Source: Candidatus Aminicenantes bacterium
Lineage (GTDB): Bacteria; Acidobacteriota; Aminicenantia; Aminicenantales; JAFGBC01
Length of the DNA: 64,000 bases
NCBI GenBank assembly: GCA_963702005.1
Contig: OY969696.1
Coordinates: forward strand, 224,001-288,000
Direction: 5' to 3'
Of this stretch, positions 20,794 to 30,298 are shown one piece after another. Under the pieces are notes generated by a model. It did not search any database. It was not told the origin of the DNA and worked only from the letters and a program-made list of their open reading frames with translations. Position 1 is the first letter of the stretch. Every line of letters starts with the position of its first letter. The translations under genes and the position numbers were made by a program.

Positions 20794-21969
20794 TTATCCG
20801 ACAACGGCTCCAAAGACGAGCCCTGTCAAGGCCGCCATTACGATAACGAGCAGAAAGTAGGTCATAGCCTTTTTCGTTCCCAGGATTCCCCGGATGATGA
20901 TCATGCTCGGGAGCGATAAAGCCGGCCCGGCGAGGAGGAGGGCCAGCGCAGGGCCTTGCCCCATGCCGGAGCCGATCAAGCCCTGGAGGATGGGGACCTC
21001 GGTCAGGGTCGCAAAATACATCAGGGCTCCGGCGAACGAGGCGAACATGTTCGCTCCGATCCCGTTCCCGCCCAGCAGGCCGGCGATCCAGCGGCCGGGA
21101 ATGATTCCATCGTGTCCAGGCCGGCCCAACAGGAAACCGGAGAGAAAAACCCCGCCCAGGAGAAGGGGAAAGATCTGCTTGGCGAAGACCCAGGTCGAGA
21201 ATGCCCACTCCTTGAGTTCCTCCCGGTTGAACCAGCGGATTAGCATCCAAGCCAGGAGGGCGGCCAGCGCCCCGCTGATGACCCACTTGGCCCCGTGGAC
21301 GGCCTGCGAGGCGGGTAGCGACGCATCCCCCTTGCTCCAGTTCATGAACACGAGGATCCCGACCATAGTCGCGAAATAGAGCGCGGTTTTCCAGAGCGGC
21401 CGCGTCTCTCGCTGCTCGGCGGAGGATTCGAAGCCGGACTCGCCGTTTTTCGCGTCCTCTCCTTTTTGGAATAGAGCGTGCATGATGAGCCCGATGATGA
21501 TGGAAAATGCGACCGCCCCGACGGCGCGCGCAAGGCCGATCTTCCAGCCCAGGACGCGGGCCGTCATGATGATGGCCAGGACGTTGATGGCCGGCCCCGA
21601 ATAGAGAAAGGCCGTGGCCGGCCCGATACCCGCGCCGCGCGTGTAGATCCCGGCGAAGAGCGGGAGGACCGTGCAGGAACAGACGGCCAGGATGGTCCCC
21701 GAGACGGAGGCAACTCCATAGGACAAGACCTTGGGGGCCCGCGGTCCCAAGTAACGCATGACCGATTCCTTACTGACAAAGACCGAGATGGCGCCTGCGA
21801 TGAAGAACGCCGGCACCAGGCAGAGAAGGACGTGCAGGCGGGCGTACTCCTGGACGAGCAGGAACGCCTCGATAATCGCGTTCTGGATGCCGAGCCTGGA
21901 GAAGGGAATAAAATAGGCGGCGAAGAATACGAGCGCCAGGACCAGAAAGGCACGAAGCTCTTTCTTCAT
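20794..21969 (-). CDS. DUF318/ArsP-family permease
   Basis: HVLLCLVPAFFIAG, LAVCSCTVLP, YSGPAIN, YFATLTEVPI; ATGA overlap with arsR. Confidence 0.9.
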   Translation of the reverse strand: MKKELRAFLVLALVFFAAYFIPFSRLGIQNAIIEAFLLVQEYARLHVLLCLVPAFFIAGAISVFVSKESVMRYLGPRAPKVLSYGVASVSGTILAVCSCTVLPLFAGIYTRGAGIGPATAFLYSGPAINVLAIIMTARVLGWKIGLARAVGAVAFSIIIGLIMHALFQKGEDAKNGESGFESSAEQRETRPLWKTALYFATMVGILVFMNWSKGDASLPASQAVHGAKWVISGALAALLAWMLIRWFNREELKEWAFSTWVFAKQIFPLLLGGVFLSGFLLGRPGHDGIIPGRWIAGLLGGNGIGANMFASFAGALMYFATLTEVPILQGLIGSGMGQGPALALLLAGPALSLPSMIIIRGILGTKKAMTYFLLVIVMAALTGLVFGAVVG

Positions 21970-22346
21970 GTCCTGCGTTCCGTCGATTTGGCGTCCGGGA
22001 CACGCTCCCGGCGTGGGCTTTCCCGGAGGCAGGGCGCGAGCTTCTTCAGGTCGCTGGCGACCGCCGCCTTCCCGATCGCCCCGGCCCGGACCTGCTTCCC
22101 GATGAACGGGCCCAGCCCGCGCCGGACTGGAGTCGGGACATGATAGATGATCCATTTTCCGTCGCGGACGTCCTCGACCAGCCCGGCCACACGGAGGATC
22201 CGGAGCTGATGGGATATCCGGGACTGTTCCATCCCCAGGACGGCCGTCAGCTCGCAAACGCACAGGTCGCGCCGCAAGAGGAGGACGATGATCCGGAGCC
22301 GGGCCGGGTCCGAGAGGGCCTTGAAGGTCGTGACGAGGCTTTTCAT
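21966..22346 (-). CDS. arsR: ArsR/SmtB transcriptional repressor
   Basis: FKALSDPARLRI, LCVCEL, SRISHQLRIL, RDGKWIIY. Confidence 0.93.
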   Translation of the reverse strand: MKSLVTTFKALSDPARLRIIVLLLRRDLCVCELTAVLGMEQSRISHQLRILRVAGLVEDVRDGKWIIYHVPTPVRRGLGPFIGKQVRAGAIGKAAVASDLKKLAPCLRESPRRERVPDAKSTERRT

Positions 22347-22361
22347 GTCAGTTGAAATTAC

Positions 22362-22403
22362 ATATGAAGATATCATCATATATACAACGATCCGGGTTGT
22401 CAA
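22362..22403 (-). promoter_or_regulatory. Sigma70 promoter and ArsR operator
   Basis: TTGACA (22403-22398)-17 bp-TATGAT (22380-22375); inverted repeat ATATGA-N8-TCATAT (22362-22381) over the -10. Confidence 0.8.
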
Positions 22404-22409
22404 GTGGGC

Positions 22410-22490
22410 GAATTCCGGGGACACACGACTTAATTCGGAAGAATCCCTGAAAGGAAATGATTCGAATTAAGTCGTGTGTCCCCGGAATTC
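22410..22490. repeat. Perfect 28-bp inverted repeat with 25-nt spacer (REP/MITE-like)
   Basis: GAATTCCGGGGACACACGACTTAATTCG (22410-22437) and exact reverse complement (22463-22490). Confidence 0.85.
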
Positions 22491-24063
22491 ATTCACCTAG
22501 GGCGGCGCGGCGCTGGGCCTTCTTTTCGGCGAAAGAGCGCGGGACAAAGACGGCTTCGCCCGTCGCCGGATTCGTCCCGGTGTGATACATGCAGGTCGAG
22601 CGGGTCATCGGCGTCGGGGTGAAGACCTGGATCCCTTCGGCCGGCCTGTCTCCTTCCTTCTCGAGGGCGCGCAGGGCGCGGCCGAGCTCGCGGGCTTCCT
22701 TGTCGCCGCAGCCCGGGTGGCCGACCATGAAGTAGTAGGCCAGATGCTGCTTCGTCCCGCGGTTGACGCGGCGAAAGAGAGCCCGGAACTCCTTGAGCGA
22801 TCCCCGGTCCTTGTTCATGGCGCGCAGGACGGCCGGCGCGACGTGCTCGGGAGCGATCTTGAGAAGCCCGCTCAGGTGATGGCCGCAGAGCTCCTCGAGG
22901 TACTCGGGGCTGTCCATGGCCAGGTCGTAGCGGATTCCGCTCCGAACAAAAACTTTTTTGACGCCGGGGACGGCCCGGGCTTTCCTCATGAGCCGGATGA
23001 GGCGGCTGTGGCTTCGGTCGAGGCGCCGGCAGTCCAAGCAATCCCCCTTCCGGCAGCCCGGCGCGCAATCCATTCCGTACATGTTCGCGGTCGGCCCGCC
23101 CAGGTCGTCGATATAGCCTTTGAAGTCGGGATGGCGGGTCAGCCGGCGAATCTCGTCCAGTATGGACGCTTCGCTCCGCGACACGATTCGCTCTCCCTGG
23201 TGGAGGGAAAGCGAACAGAACGAACAGCCGCCGACGCAGCCCCGGTGAGTCACGACCGAGAACTGGGCCATCTTGAACTCCGGAAAATCCTTCGGGATTT
23301 TCCGCGAAAAGGGAAGGCCGTAGATTCCATCCAGGTTCTTCGTTGTGTAGGCGGGCATCGGATGCTGGAGGACGAAACGGCCGGCGTGCCCCTGGGCGAG
23401 CGCGGCACGGTTCGAGAACTCATTCTGGGCCTCGCAGAATTTAACCGGGTCCGCGCTTACTTCTTCGAAGGAGGGCATGATGCGAAAGCCTTCGGGAGCC
23501 TCGCGACGGACGACGCATGTTCCCGGGATGCCGTCGAGCGCCTCCCCCTCCGCGTATCTCCGCGCGATCTCGATCGCCTGGAGCTCGCCCGGCCCGTAGA
23601 CGAGGATGTCGGCGCGCGAATCGAGCAGGATGCTTCGCCGGACACGGTCTTCCCAGTAATCGTAATGGGCGAAGCGGCGGAGGGAGGCCTCGATCCCGCC
23701 GATGACGATGGGCGCTCCCGGGAAAAGGCCTCTGATCTTGTTGCAATAGACGATCACGGCCCGGTCGGGGATTCCGGACTCGCGGGCGCCGTGGGCGTCC
23801 TTGGACCGGCGGCGCTTGAGGGGCGACAGGTTGACAAGCAGGCTGTCGATCGAGCCGGCCGTGACGCCGAAGAATAGGCGGGGACGGCCCAGCCGCAGGA
23901 AATCCCGGTCCCGGCTCCAGTCGGGCCGGCCGATGACGCCGACCTTGTACCCTTCCGCGTCCAGGACGCGGGCGATGACGCCGAGGCCCGACAGCGGATG
24001 GTCGACGTAGGGCTCGCCGCCAACCAGGATGACGTCGAAGTCCTTGCCGGAATCGGAGATCAT
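22489..24063 (-). CDS. YgiQ-family radical SAM protein
   Basis: YVDHP, GGIEASLRRFAHYDYW, HRGCVGGCSFC, DLGGPTANMY, SGIRYDL, LKIAPEH. Confidence 0.93.
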   Translation of the reverse strand: MISDSGKDFDVILVGGEPYVDHPLSGLGVIARVLDAEGYKVGVIGRPDWSRDRDFLRLGRPRLFFGVTAGSIDSLLVNLSPLKRRRSKDAHGARESGIPDRAVIVYCNKIRGLFPGAPIVIGGIEASLRRFAHYDYWEDRVRRSILLDSRADILVYGPGELQAIEIARRYAEGEALDGIPGTCVVRREAPEGFRIMPSFEEVSADPVKFCEAQNEFSNRAALAQGHAGRFVLQHPMPAYTTKNLDGIYGLPFSRKIPKDFPEFKMAQFSVVTHRGCVGGCSFCSLSLHQGERIVSRSEASILDEIRRLTRHPDFKGYIDDLGGPTANMYGMDCAPGCRKGDCLDCRRLDRSHSRLIRLMRKARAVPGVKKVFVRSGIRYDLAMDSPEYLEELCGHHLSGLLKIAPEHVAPAVLRAMNKDRGSLKEFRALFRRVNRGTKQHLAYYFMVGHPGCGDKEARELGRALRALEKEGDRPAEGIQVFTPTPMTRSTCMYHTGTNPATGEAVFVPRSFAEKKAQRRAALGE

Positions 24064-24075
24064 GGGAAGGCCCGC

Positions 24076-25209
24076 CTAGTAGCGCTGGCGCTCGAAGATA
24101 AAATAGCCGAAAACGGCGTTCCCGACAAGGATGGCCCCGGCGACGAAGAACGCGGCGGGGAAACCGGCCCGGGCGCCCAGCGACGAAAAGACGATCGCGC
24201 CGCAGGCCTGCCCGGCGACCTGGAGGGCGAGGAGCAGCCCCGCGCTCCCTCCGATCGTCCGCCGTTCGAACAGGCGCGAGACGAAGATGACGACGAGGGC
24301 CGCCAGCAGCCCGTCGCCGATCTCGTGGACGATGCGGAACGCCAGCGAAAGATAAATATTATGACGGACCATAAGGAGGAGTCCCGCCCCGGAAAGCAGC
24401 ATGGCGAACGGGACCAGCTTCCGGTTCAGCCGCTCGTCGAAGCGGAGGCGGCTGAAGAGAAGGGCCGTCAGGGCCAGAAACAGAAAGGGGATCGTGATGT
24501 ACAGGGCGAGCCGGAGGTCGTCGAGCCCGAAGTAGGTCCGCAGGAAGGGGCTGTAGACCGTCGTCTCGAGACCCCAGTGGAGGGCGAGGACGACGATGAA
24601 GACGGAGAAGAGGAGCGTCCGCGGCCGGGCCAGTCCGCGGCCATAGACACGCAGCGGGACCGCCTCGAACTTTTCATGATCGAGATCCCGCAGGATGAAG
24701 AGAGCGGAAGCCAGAACCAGCGCGTCGACGAGGTACAGGGTTCGGAACCCGGAGAATCGGGACAAGGCTCCGCTGGCCAGGATGCCCACCGACATCCCGA
24801 AGGCCATCCAGAAAGCGAACAGCCCGTACTTCCGGTTCTGGTCGAGCCGGGTTTCGTCCTTGAAGTAGAGGCTGTTGACGGAGACGTCGAAGCCGTTGTT
24901 GGAGACGCCCAGCAGGAGGAAGAGAAGGACGGCGACCGGAAACGACCGCGTCCAAGCCAGGGCCGCGATCACCGTCGCCTGGACGACGACGGCGGCCCGG
25001 ATGACGCCCTTGATCGAGAACCGGTCGTTGATGAGTCCGGTCGGGAAAGAGACTAGGAGCGGCGCGAAGGCGAAAGCGGAGACGGCCAGGCCCGTCCGCC
25101 AGCCGGTCCAGCCCAGGCTCATGAAATAAAGGGGCGAGAAAAAGAGCGTGGAATTGATGACGAACTTACGGATGAAGTTCAGGGCGTGAACCGTGCGGAC
25201 CGTAGCCAT
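24076..25209 (-). CDS. MFS transporter
   Basis: ~12 hydrophobic segments, GLINDRFS loop motif. Confidence 0.82.
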   Translation of the reverse strand: MATVRTVHALNFIRKFVINSTLFFSPLYFMSLGWTGWRTGLAVSAFAFAPLLVSFPTGLINDRFSIKGVIRAAVVVQATVIAALAWTRSFPVAVLLFLLLGVSNNGFDVSVNSLYFKDETRLDQNRKYGLFAFWMAFGMSVGILASGALSRFSGFRTLYLVDALVLASALFILRDLDHEKFEAVPLRVYGRGLARPRTLLFSVFIVVLALHWGLETTVYSPFLRTYFGLDDLRLALYITIPFLFLALTALLFSRLRFDERLNRKLVPFAMLLSGAGLLLMVRHNIYLSLAFRIVHEIGDGLLAALVVIFVSRLFERRTIGGSAGLLLALQVAGQACGAIVFSSLGARAGFPAAFFVAGAILVGNAVFGYFIFERQRY

Positions 25210-25242
25210 GGGACCGCCTATTATATACGGCGCCGGACCGAT

Positions 25243-25286
25243 AAAAAAGGGGCGGCTCCTCCCCTCGAGGAGAGGGGGCCGCCCCT
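25243..25286 (-). terminator. Intrinsic terminator of the ECF/DUF4097 operon
   Basis: AGGGGCGGC...GCCGCCCCT stem followed by T-run on minus strand. Confidence 0.75.
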
Positions 25287-25313
25287 GGAACAGGCTCTGG
25301 AAGGGCTAGGGCC

Positions 25314-26300
25314 TCAATCCTTCTTCAGGCCGAGGCCGCTGCTCTTGATGGAAATGCTTCCGCTGAAGCTCTTGGCCGTCACCAGCGCGCCGCCCTTGTT
25401 CACGGTCCCCCGGATCTCGCGGGGCGACATCTTCCCCGAAACCTTGATGTCGAAATCGGTATCGATGTCGCCGCTGAAGGTCTCCACTTCCATCTCGAAA
25501 CTGGAGTCTTTGGGCAGGTTGATCGTGACGTCGCCGCTATGGGACTCAAGGATATAGCGGCCCTTGGGAGCCGTGAGGCTTTCGAAGCTCACGTCGCCGC
25601 TGACGGTCTTGGCCTTGACCGTTTCGGCCCCGGCGACGTCCCCGAGGTCGACATCGCCGCTGACCGAGCTCGCCTCGATCGATCCCTCGACGCGGCTGAT
25701 GGTCACGCTGCCGGACACGCTCTCGGCGTCGATGCTGCCCTTGATGTCCGAGGCCTTGACGTCGCCGCTGACGCTCCCGCACTCGGCGCCGGCCGCGGCC
25801 TTGGTCAGGGTCACATCGCCGCTGACGGATTTGGCGCGAGCCGGGCCGCCTATGGCTTCGAGCTCGACGTCGCCGCTGACCGAGGTCGCGTCGATGGCGG
25901 CTTTGGCCGGGATATACAGAGTGAAGTCCACGGAGACGTTCCCGGAATCATGGCCCCACCAGCCGTGTTTGGGGTACTTGGTCTCGATCCGGACGGTCCG
26001 GCCGTCGCCGCTGACCTCGATCGTGACCTCCTTGGCGTTCTCCTCGGCCTTGCCCTTAGACGAGGCTTCGCTCATCTTGAGGGCGTCGATCTTGACCTGG
26101 GCCTTGTCCCAGCTGAAGACCTTGATGTCTCCGGAGACGTTGCTGAGATAGACCTTGCCATCCATGGCCAGGTCCAGGGTCTTCTCAAATTTTTCCTGGT
26201 AGTCATCGTGGGCCCAGACGGCGGCGGCCCCCCAGCTCAGGATGAGGAGCGCGGCGCCGGCCAGCGCCAGGCACCTGACGGATCCTTGTTTGTGTCTCAT
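25314..26300 (-). CDS. DUF4097 beta-strand repeat secreted protein
   Basis: Signal peptide; repeated SVSGDV motifs. Confidence 0.9.
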   Translation of the reverse strand: MRHKQGSVRCLALAGAALLILSWGAAAVWAHDDYQEKFEKTLDLAMDGKVYLSNVSGDIKVFSWDKAQVKIDALKMSEASSKGKAEENAKEVTIEVSGDGRTVRIETKYPKHGWWGHDSGNVSVDFTLYIPAKAAIDATSVSGDVELEAIGGPARAKSVSGDVTLTKAAAGAECGSVSGDVKASDIKGSIDAESVSGSVTISRVEGSIEASSVSGDVDLGDVAGAETVKAKTVSGDVSFESLTAPKGRYILESHSGDVTINLPKDSSFEMEVETFSGDIDTDFDIKVSGKMSPREIRGTVNKGGALVTAKSFSGSISIKSSGLGLKKD

Positions 26301-26340
26301 GGTCGGTCCTCCTTATTCATCGTCGTTCGTTGATCTCGGT

Positions 26341-27057
26341 CTATATCTTCGCCTCCGCCTTGGATTGCGGAGACGACGTGCGTCCAATATCCACGGCCGC
26401 CTCGAGAAAATCGACCTTATCGCGGAAGGCGTCGAGAAGGCAGGCCCGTGCCTTAAGGTCGCTCGGATCCCGCTTGACGGCGTCCTCCCCGGCCTTGATC
26501 AGGGTGTCGATGGCGCCGAGTTCCTTGCTGACCAAGTCCGCCACCTGGGGACTTAAGTTATCCTTCTGAGCGGCGACGGCCTCATCGAGGGCCTTGATGG
26601 CCAGACGGTAGTGGTCCTCGGCCTCGGCCAGTTTGGCGAGGGTGAAGTCCATCCGGCCCTTGTCCGTGACCGGCGTCCCGCGGCCCTTGAGGAAGCGCTG
26701 ACCCAGGAAGGCCCCTCCGGCGATGAGCAGCACTGCCAGCAGGCCCGCCGTCGCCAGCCGCAGGGCGGGCGAGAAGCCGGGAAGCCACGCACGGTCCTTA
26801 GGCTGGGGCGCCGCGCTCGTGATCCCGCGCCGGGTCGAGGCCAATCCGGCCCTGATTCCCATCCAGACGCGATCCGAAACCTGCGGCGTTTCAAGCCCGC
26901 GCGTCTCCCGGACGATGGATTTCAGGTCCTCCAGGACCTTCCGGCAGGCGGAGCAGCCCTCGAGATGGCGCTCGAGACGCCGGATTCCGGCGGCCCCGAG
27001 CTCTCCGTCAATATGCTCGCTGATCCTCTTCTGAGCCTGCGCGCATCTCATGATCAT
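26341..27057 (-). CDS. Zinc-finger (zf-HC2) transmembrane anti-sigma factor
   Basis: HLEGCSAC HxxxCxxC, one TM helix. Confidence 0.87.
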   Translation of the reverse strand: MIMRCAQAQKRISEHIDGELGAAGIRRLERHLEGCSACRKVLEDLKSIVRETRGLETPQVSDRVWMGIRAGLASTRRGITSAAPQPKDRAWLPGFSPALRLATAGLLAVLLIAGGAFLGQRFLKGRGTPVTDKGRMDFTLAKLAEAEDHYRLAIKALDEAVAAQKDNLSPQVADLVSKELGAIDTLIKAGEDAVKRDPSDLKARACLLDAFRDKVDFLEAAVDIGRTSSPQSKAEAKI

Positions 27058-27063
27058 TCTCCT

Positions 27064-27621
27064 TTAGACGGCCCGCTTCCGCTCGAGCTGCTCCCGGAGC
27101 CTCATCCTGGCCTTGAAAAGCTGGGACTTCGAGGTCCCGACCGAACAGCCGAGGGTCCTGGAGATCTCCTCGTGCTTGAACCCCTGGAAGTCGTGTAGAA
27201 GGAACACCGCCCGCAGTCCATCGGGAAGGGCGGCAATGGCCTCCTCGAGCGGCTTGCGGGCTTCGGAGGACAGCCCGGTCCGGCCGGCATCGGCCAGGAC
27301 CCCTTCGATCTCGTTGAGGGAGACGGTCTTTCCCCGGCTCGACCTTATCTCGCGGAGATGGCTGAAGCAGGTGTTAAGGGCGATCCGGTAAGCCCAGGGG
27401 ACGAATGTATCCGGCTTGTCGACATCGCCCAAGTGGGAAAAGATCTTCAGGAAGATGTCCTGGAGGAGATCCTCGGCGACGGTCGCGTTCGAGGTGTATC
27501 GATAGGCCAGGCCGAACAGGGGGCCTTTCAAATGGGCGTAAATGGCCTCCAGGGCTTTTTCGTCTCCCCGCTTGGCGCGCCGGAGGAGGTCGGCCGTTGC
27601 TTCGCCGGTTCCAAGGCTCAT
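27064..27621 (-). CDS. ECF RNA polymerase sigma factor
   Basis: AEDLLQDIFL, WAYRIALN, LPDGLRAVFLL, GTSKSQLFKAR; start could be 27711. Confidence 0.92.
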   Translation of the reverse strand: MSLGTGEATADLLRRAKRGDEKALEAIYAHLKGPLFGLAYRYTSNATVAEDLLQDIFLKIFSHLGDVDKPDTFVPWAYRIALNTCFSHLREIRSSRGKTVSLNEIEGVLADAGRTGLSSEARKPLEEAIAALPDGLRAVFLLHDFQGFKHEEISRTLGCSVGTSKSQLFKARMRLREQLERKRAV

Positions 27622-27725
27622 GGCAATGGACTCCCCGATAATCAGAGGGAGGGCTTCGAAAAGGGTATTATCCCTGATTTGGGAAATCCGCGCCAGCAGG
27701 AGCTCGCCCATTTTTCGCCTCGCCC

Positions 27726-27757
27726 TATAAGATGAAGGGCGGGGCGAAAAGGTTGCC
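27726..27757 (-). promoter_or_regulatory. ECF-type autoregulatory promoter
   Basis: GGCAACC-N16-CATCT upstream of the sigma gene. Confidence 0.55.
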
Positions 27758-27768
27758 CAAAAAATGGA

Positions 27769-28785
27769 TTAAATGGGGCCCCAGCGGAAGAGGACGGGAG
27801 GGATCAGGCTGAGCAGGGCGAACAGGACCCAGACGGCCAGGAGGGGGAGCAGCCAGCGGGCCCATTTCTCCCAGCGGAGCTGGGCCAGGCCGAGGACGCC
27901 CATCGTGACGCCGCTCGTGGGCAGGACCGGGTTGATGTACTCGGCTAGCTGGAAGGCGAAGACGGCGGTCTGGCGGGTGATCCCGACCAGGTCTCCCAGG
28001 GGGGCCATGATGGGCATGGTCAGGGCGGCCTGGGCCGTTCCCGAGTGGACGAAGAAGTTGATGACGCACTGGGAGAGAAACATGAGCTGGGAGGAGATGA
28101 CGCGATGGACGCGGGCGATCGTCCCCGCCATGGCGTGGAGGAGGGTATCCAGGATCTTGCCGTCCGTGGCGACAACCAGGATGGCCCGGGCGCATCCGAT
28201 GATCAGGGCGGCGTTGATCATGTCCTTGGCCCCGTCGACGAAGCTCCGGGCGATCTCCTCGGTTTTGAGCCGTCCGACCAGGCCGGCCAGGATCCCGATC
28301 GCCAGGAACAGCCCGGCGATCTCGCTGATGTACCACTTGTATTTGAGGATGCCGAAAACGAGGAGGCCCATGCCGGCCAGAAACAGGATGAGGACCCGGG
28401 TGTGGACGGGGCGGACCTCGATGGTGTCTCCGCAGGGGACTCCGTTCAGATACTTTTTCTTTCGGATGAGGTCGTCCTCGTAGACCGAGCTGCGTCGGGG
28501 ATCCTTGTGAACACGCGCGGCATAGCGCATGACGAAGACGATGACGATGGTGGTGCCGATGGCCCAGATGATGAGGCGATAGCCGAGCCCCGAATAAAGC
28601 GGGAGCCCGACGATTCCCTGGGCGATCCCGACCGTGAACGGGTTGAAGAAAGCGCCCGCGAAGCCCGCCGCCGCGCCCAGGAAGGGAATGGCCGTTCCGA
28701 CGAGCGAGTCGTAGCCGAGGGATAAGGCCAGCGGGACAAAAATGAGGATCAGCGTGTGGGGAAGCTTGATTTTCGGGGCCATCAT
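27769..28785 (-). pseudogene. YfcC/DcuC-like transporter with an in-frame N-proximal deletion
   Basis: LPHTLILIF joined directly to VPLALSLGYDS; NPFTVGIAQ, SGTAQAALTMPIMAPL, INPVLPTSG intact; 338 aa. Confidence 0.7.
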
Positions 28786-29124
28786 CGAGACGCCACCCGG
28801 CGTTTTGTCATCGTCGCATTCTCCTTCGCAAGCCCTCTCCGATGTCCTAAAAGCTCGGTCAGGTCGGCGATGATTATAATCGGTCTCGAGGCCTTTCTCA
28901 ACTCCCCCGCCCCGCGCCGCGATATCCCCGCGCATTCACCCTTTGCGGTGGGAGGGGGGGATGGGGATGTCCTCTCGAAAATCACCGCCGGGGGGGATTC
29001 ATTTCGGGGCCGGATTCTGCCATCCTTGAGACACCGATCAGGCGACATTGGTAGCGGGAAGGCCTTCTGAGGACGATAGCGGAAGATGGCTCTCTCTGCC
29101 TCGGGTGCCGAGGATCAAACAAAG

Positions 29125-30030
29125 ATGAAAACGGAGAAAAGCTGGAACGCCCGTCTCCTGCGGAAGACAGGCTTAATCTTCCTCACCAGTCTGGCCGCGA
29201 TGACCCTCTACCAAGCGCTCAAGCGCCTCCTGTTTCCGCGCCTGACGCTCGATGCTTCCATGGCCGTCACGGCCGTCGTGGCCAGCCTGTTCGTCACGGC
29301 CGCCGCCTATGTCGTCATGCGTTACTATGAACGGATCAGAAACCGGCTGGCCCAGCAGATCAAAATCCGGGAAGAGCAGGAACGGGCCCTCCAGGCTTCC
29401 CTCCGCGAAAAGGACCTTCTCCTCCGCGAGATCCATCACCGGGTCAAGAATAATTTACAGGTCGTCTCCAGCCTGATCAACCTCCAGGCCGGGAAGGGCG
29501 GCCGGCATACGTCGCGGACCGGGCTCAAGGAAAGCCAGGACCGGATCCGGTCTATGGCCCTCATCCATGAAAAGCTCTACCGCTCTCGCGACCTGTCCCG
29601 GATCGACTTCTCGGAGTATCTTCGCGGCCTGACCTCCCACCTGGTCCAATCCTACGGCCTCCAGCCCGGGAAGGTCCGGACCGAACTCGACCTGGAGAGG
29701 TCGCGGCTCGACATCAACACGGCCATCCCCTGCGGCCTTCTCGTCAACGAGATCATCTCCAACGCCTTCAAGCACGCCTTCCCGGGGAAGAGGAAGGGGA
29801 TCGTCCGGGTCGGCTTTCATCGGCTCGGATCGAGCCGCTTCGAGCTTATGGTCGCCGACAACGGCGTCGGACTCCCCCGGGCCTTGGACATCCGCAAGAC
29901 GCGAAGCCTGGGGATGCAGATCATTCTGATGCTGGTCGAACAGCTCGACGCCGCCCTCGATGTCGGGCGCAAAGGCGGGGCGGAATTCAAGATTCGCTTC
30001 CAGGAGCTCCGCGCCAAAAAGACGGCCTGA
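29125..30030 (+). CDS. Membrane histidine kinase (HisKA_2 type)
   Basis: [40 protein letters not shown]; two N-terminal TM; start could be 29086. Confidence 0.92.
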   Translation: MKTEKSWNARLLRKTGLIFLTSLAAMTLYQALKRLLFPRLTLDASMAVTAVVASLFVTAAAYVVMRYYERIRNRLAQQIKIREEQERALQASLREKDLLLREIHHRVKNNLQVVSSLINLQAGKGGRHTSRTGLKESQDRIRSMALIHEKLYRSRDLSRIDFSEYLRGLTSHLVQSYGLQPGKVRTELDLERSRLDINTAIPCGLLVNEIISNAFKHAFPGKRKGIVRVGFHRLGSSRFELMVADNGVGLPRALDIRKTRSLGMQIILMLVEQLDAALDVGRKGGAEFKIRFQELRAKKTA

Positions 30031-30039
30031 ACCCAGGCT

Positions 30040-30171
30040 TCAGCTGCCGAGGACGATCCGGAGGCTCTGCCCTTCCTGCAGGGTCAAGCCTTTCGGCCAG
30101 CTGATGACGAGCCTGTTGCCGAGCCTGGCCAAGCGCGCGGTCAAGGGACGGCTTCCGATGAACGTCTTCAG
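30040..30171 (-). pseudogene. Diverged duplicate of the last 44 codons of the GH116 gene
   Basis: Reads LKTFIGSRPLTARLARLGNRLVISWPKGLTLQEGQSLRIVLGS*, colinear with 32482-32613. Confidence 0.9.
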
Positions 30172-30174
30172 CGA

Positions 30175-30223
30175 GTCAGGGTCAAACCTGCACTTTGTAC
30201 CAAAGTGCAGGTTTGACCCTGAC
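30175..30223. repeat. Perfect 23-bp hairpin with 3-nt loop (REP-like)
   Basis: GTCAGGGTCAAACCTGCACTTTG-TAC-CAAAGTGCAGGTTTGACCCTGAC. Confidence 0.85.
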
Positions 30224-30298
30224 CGGTTGACAATTCAAAGAAGCATCTAATAGAATTCAACGCGGGGTAAGGAATTCAGGCTTTTTCAGGAGGGGACT

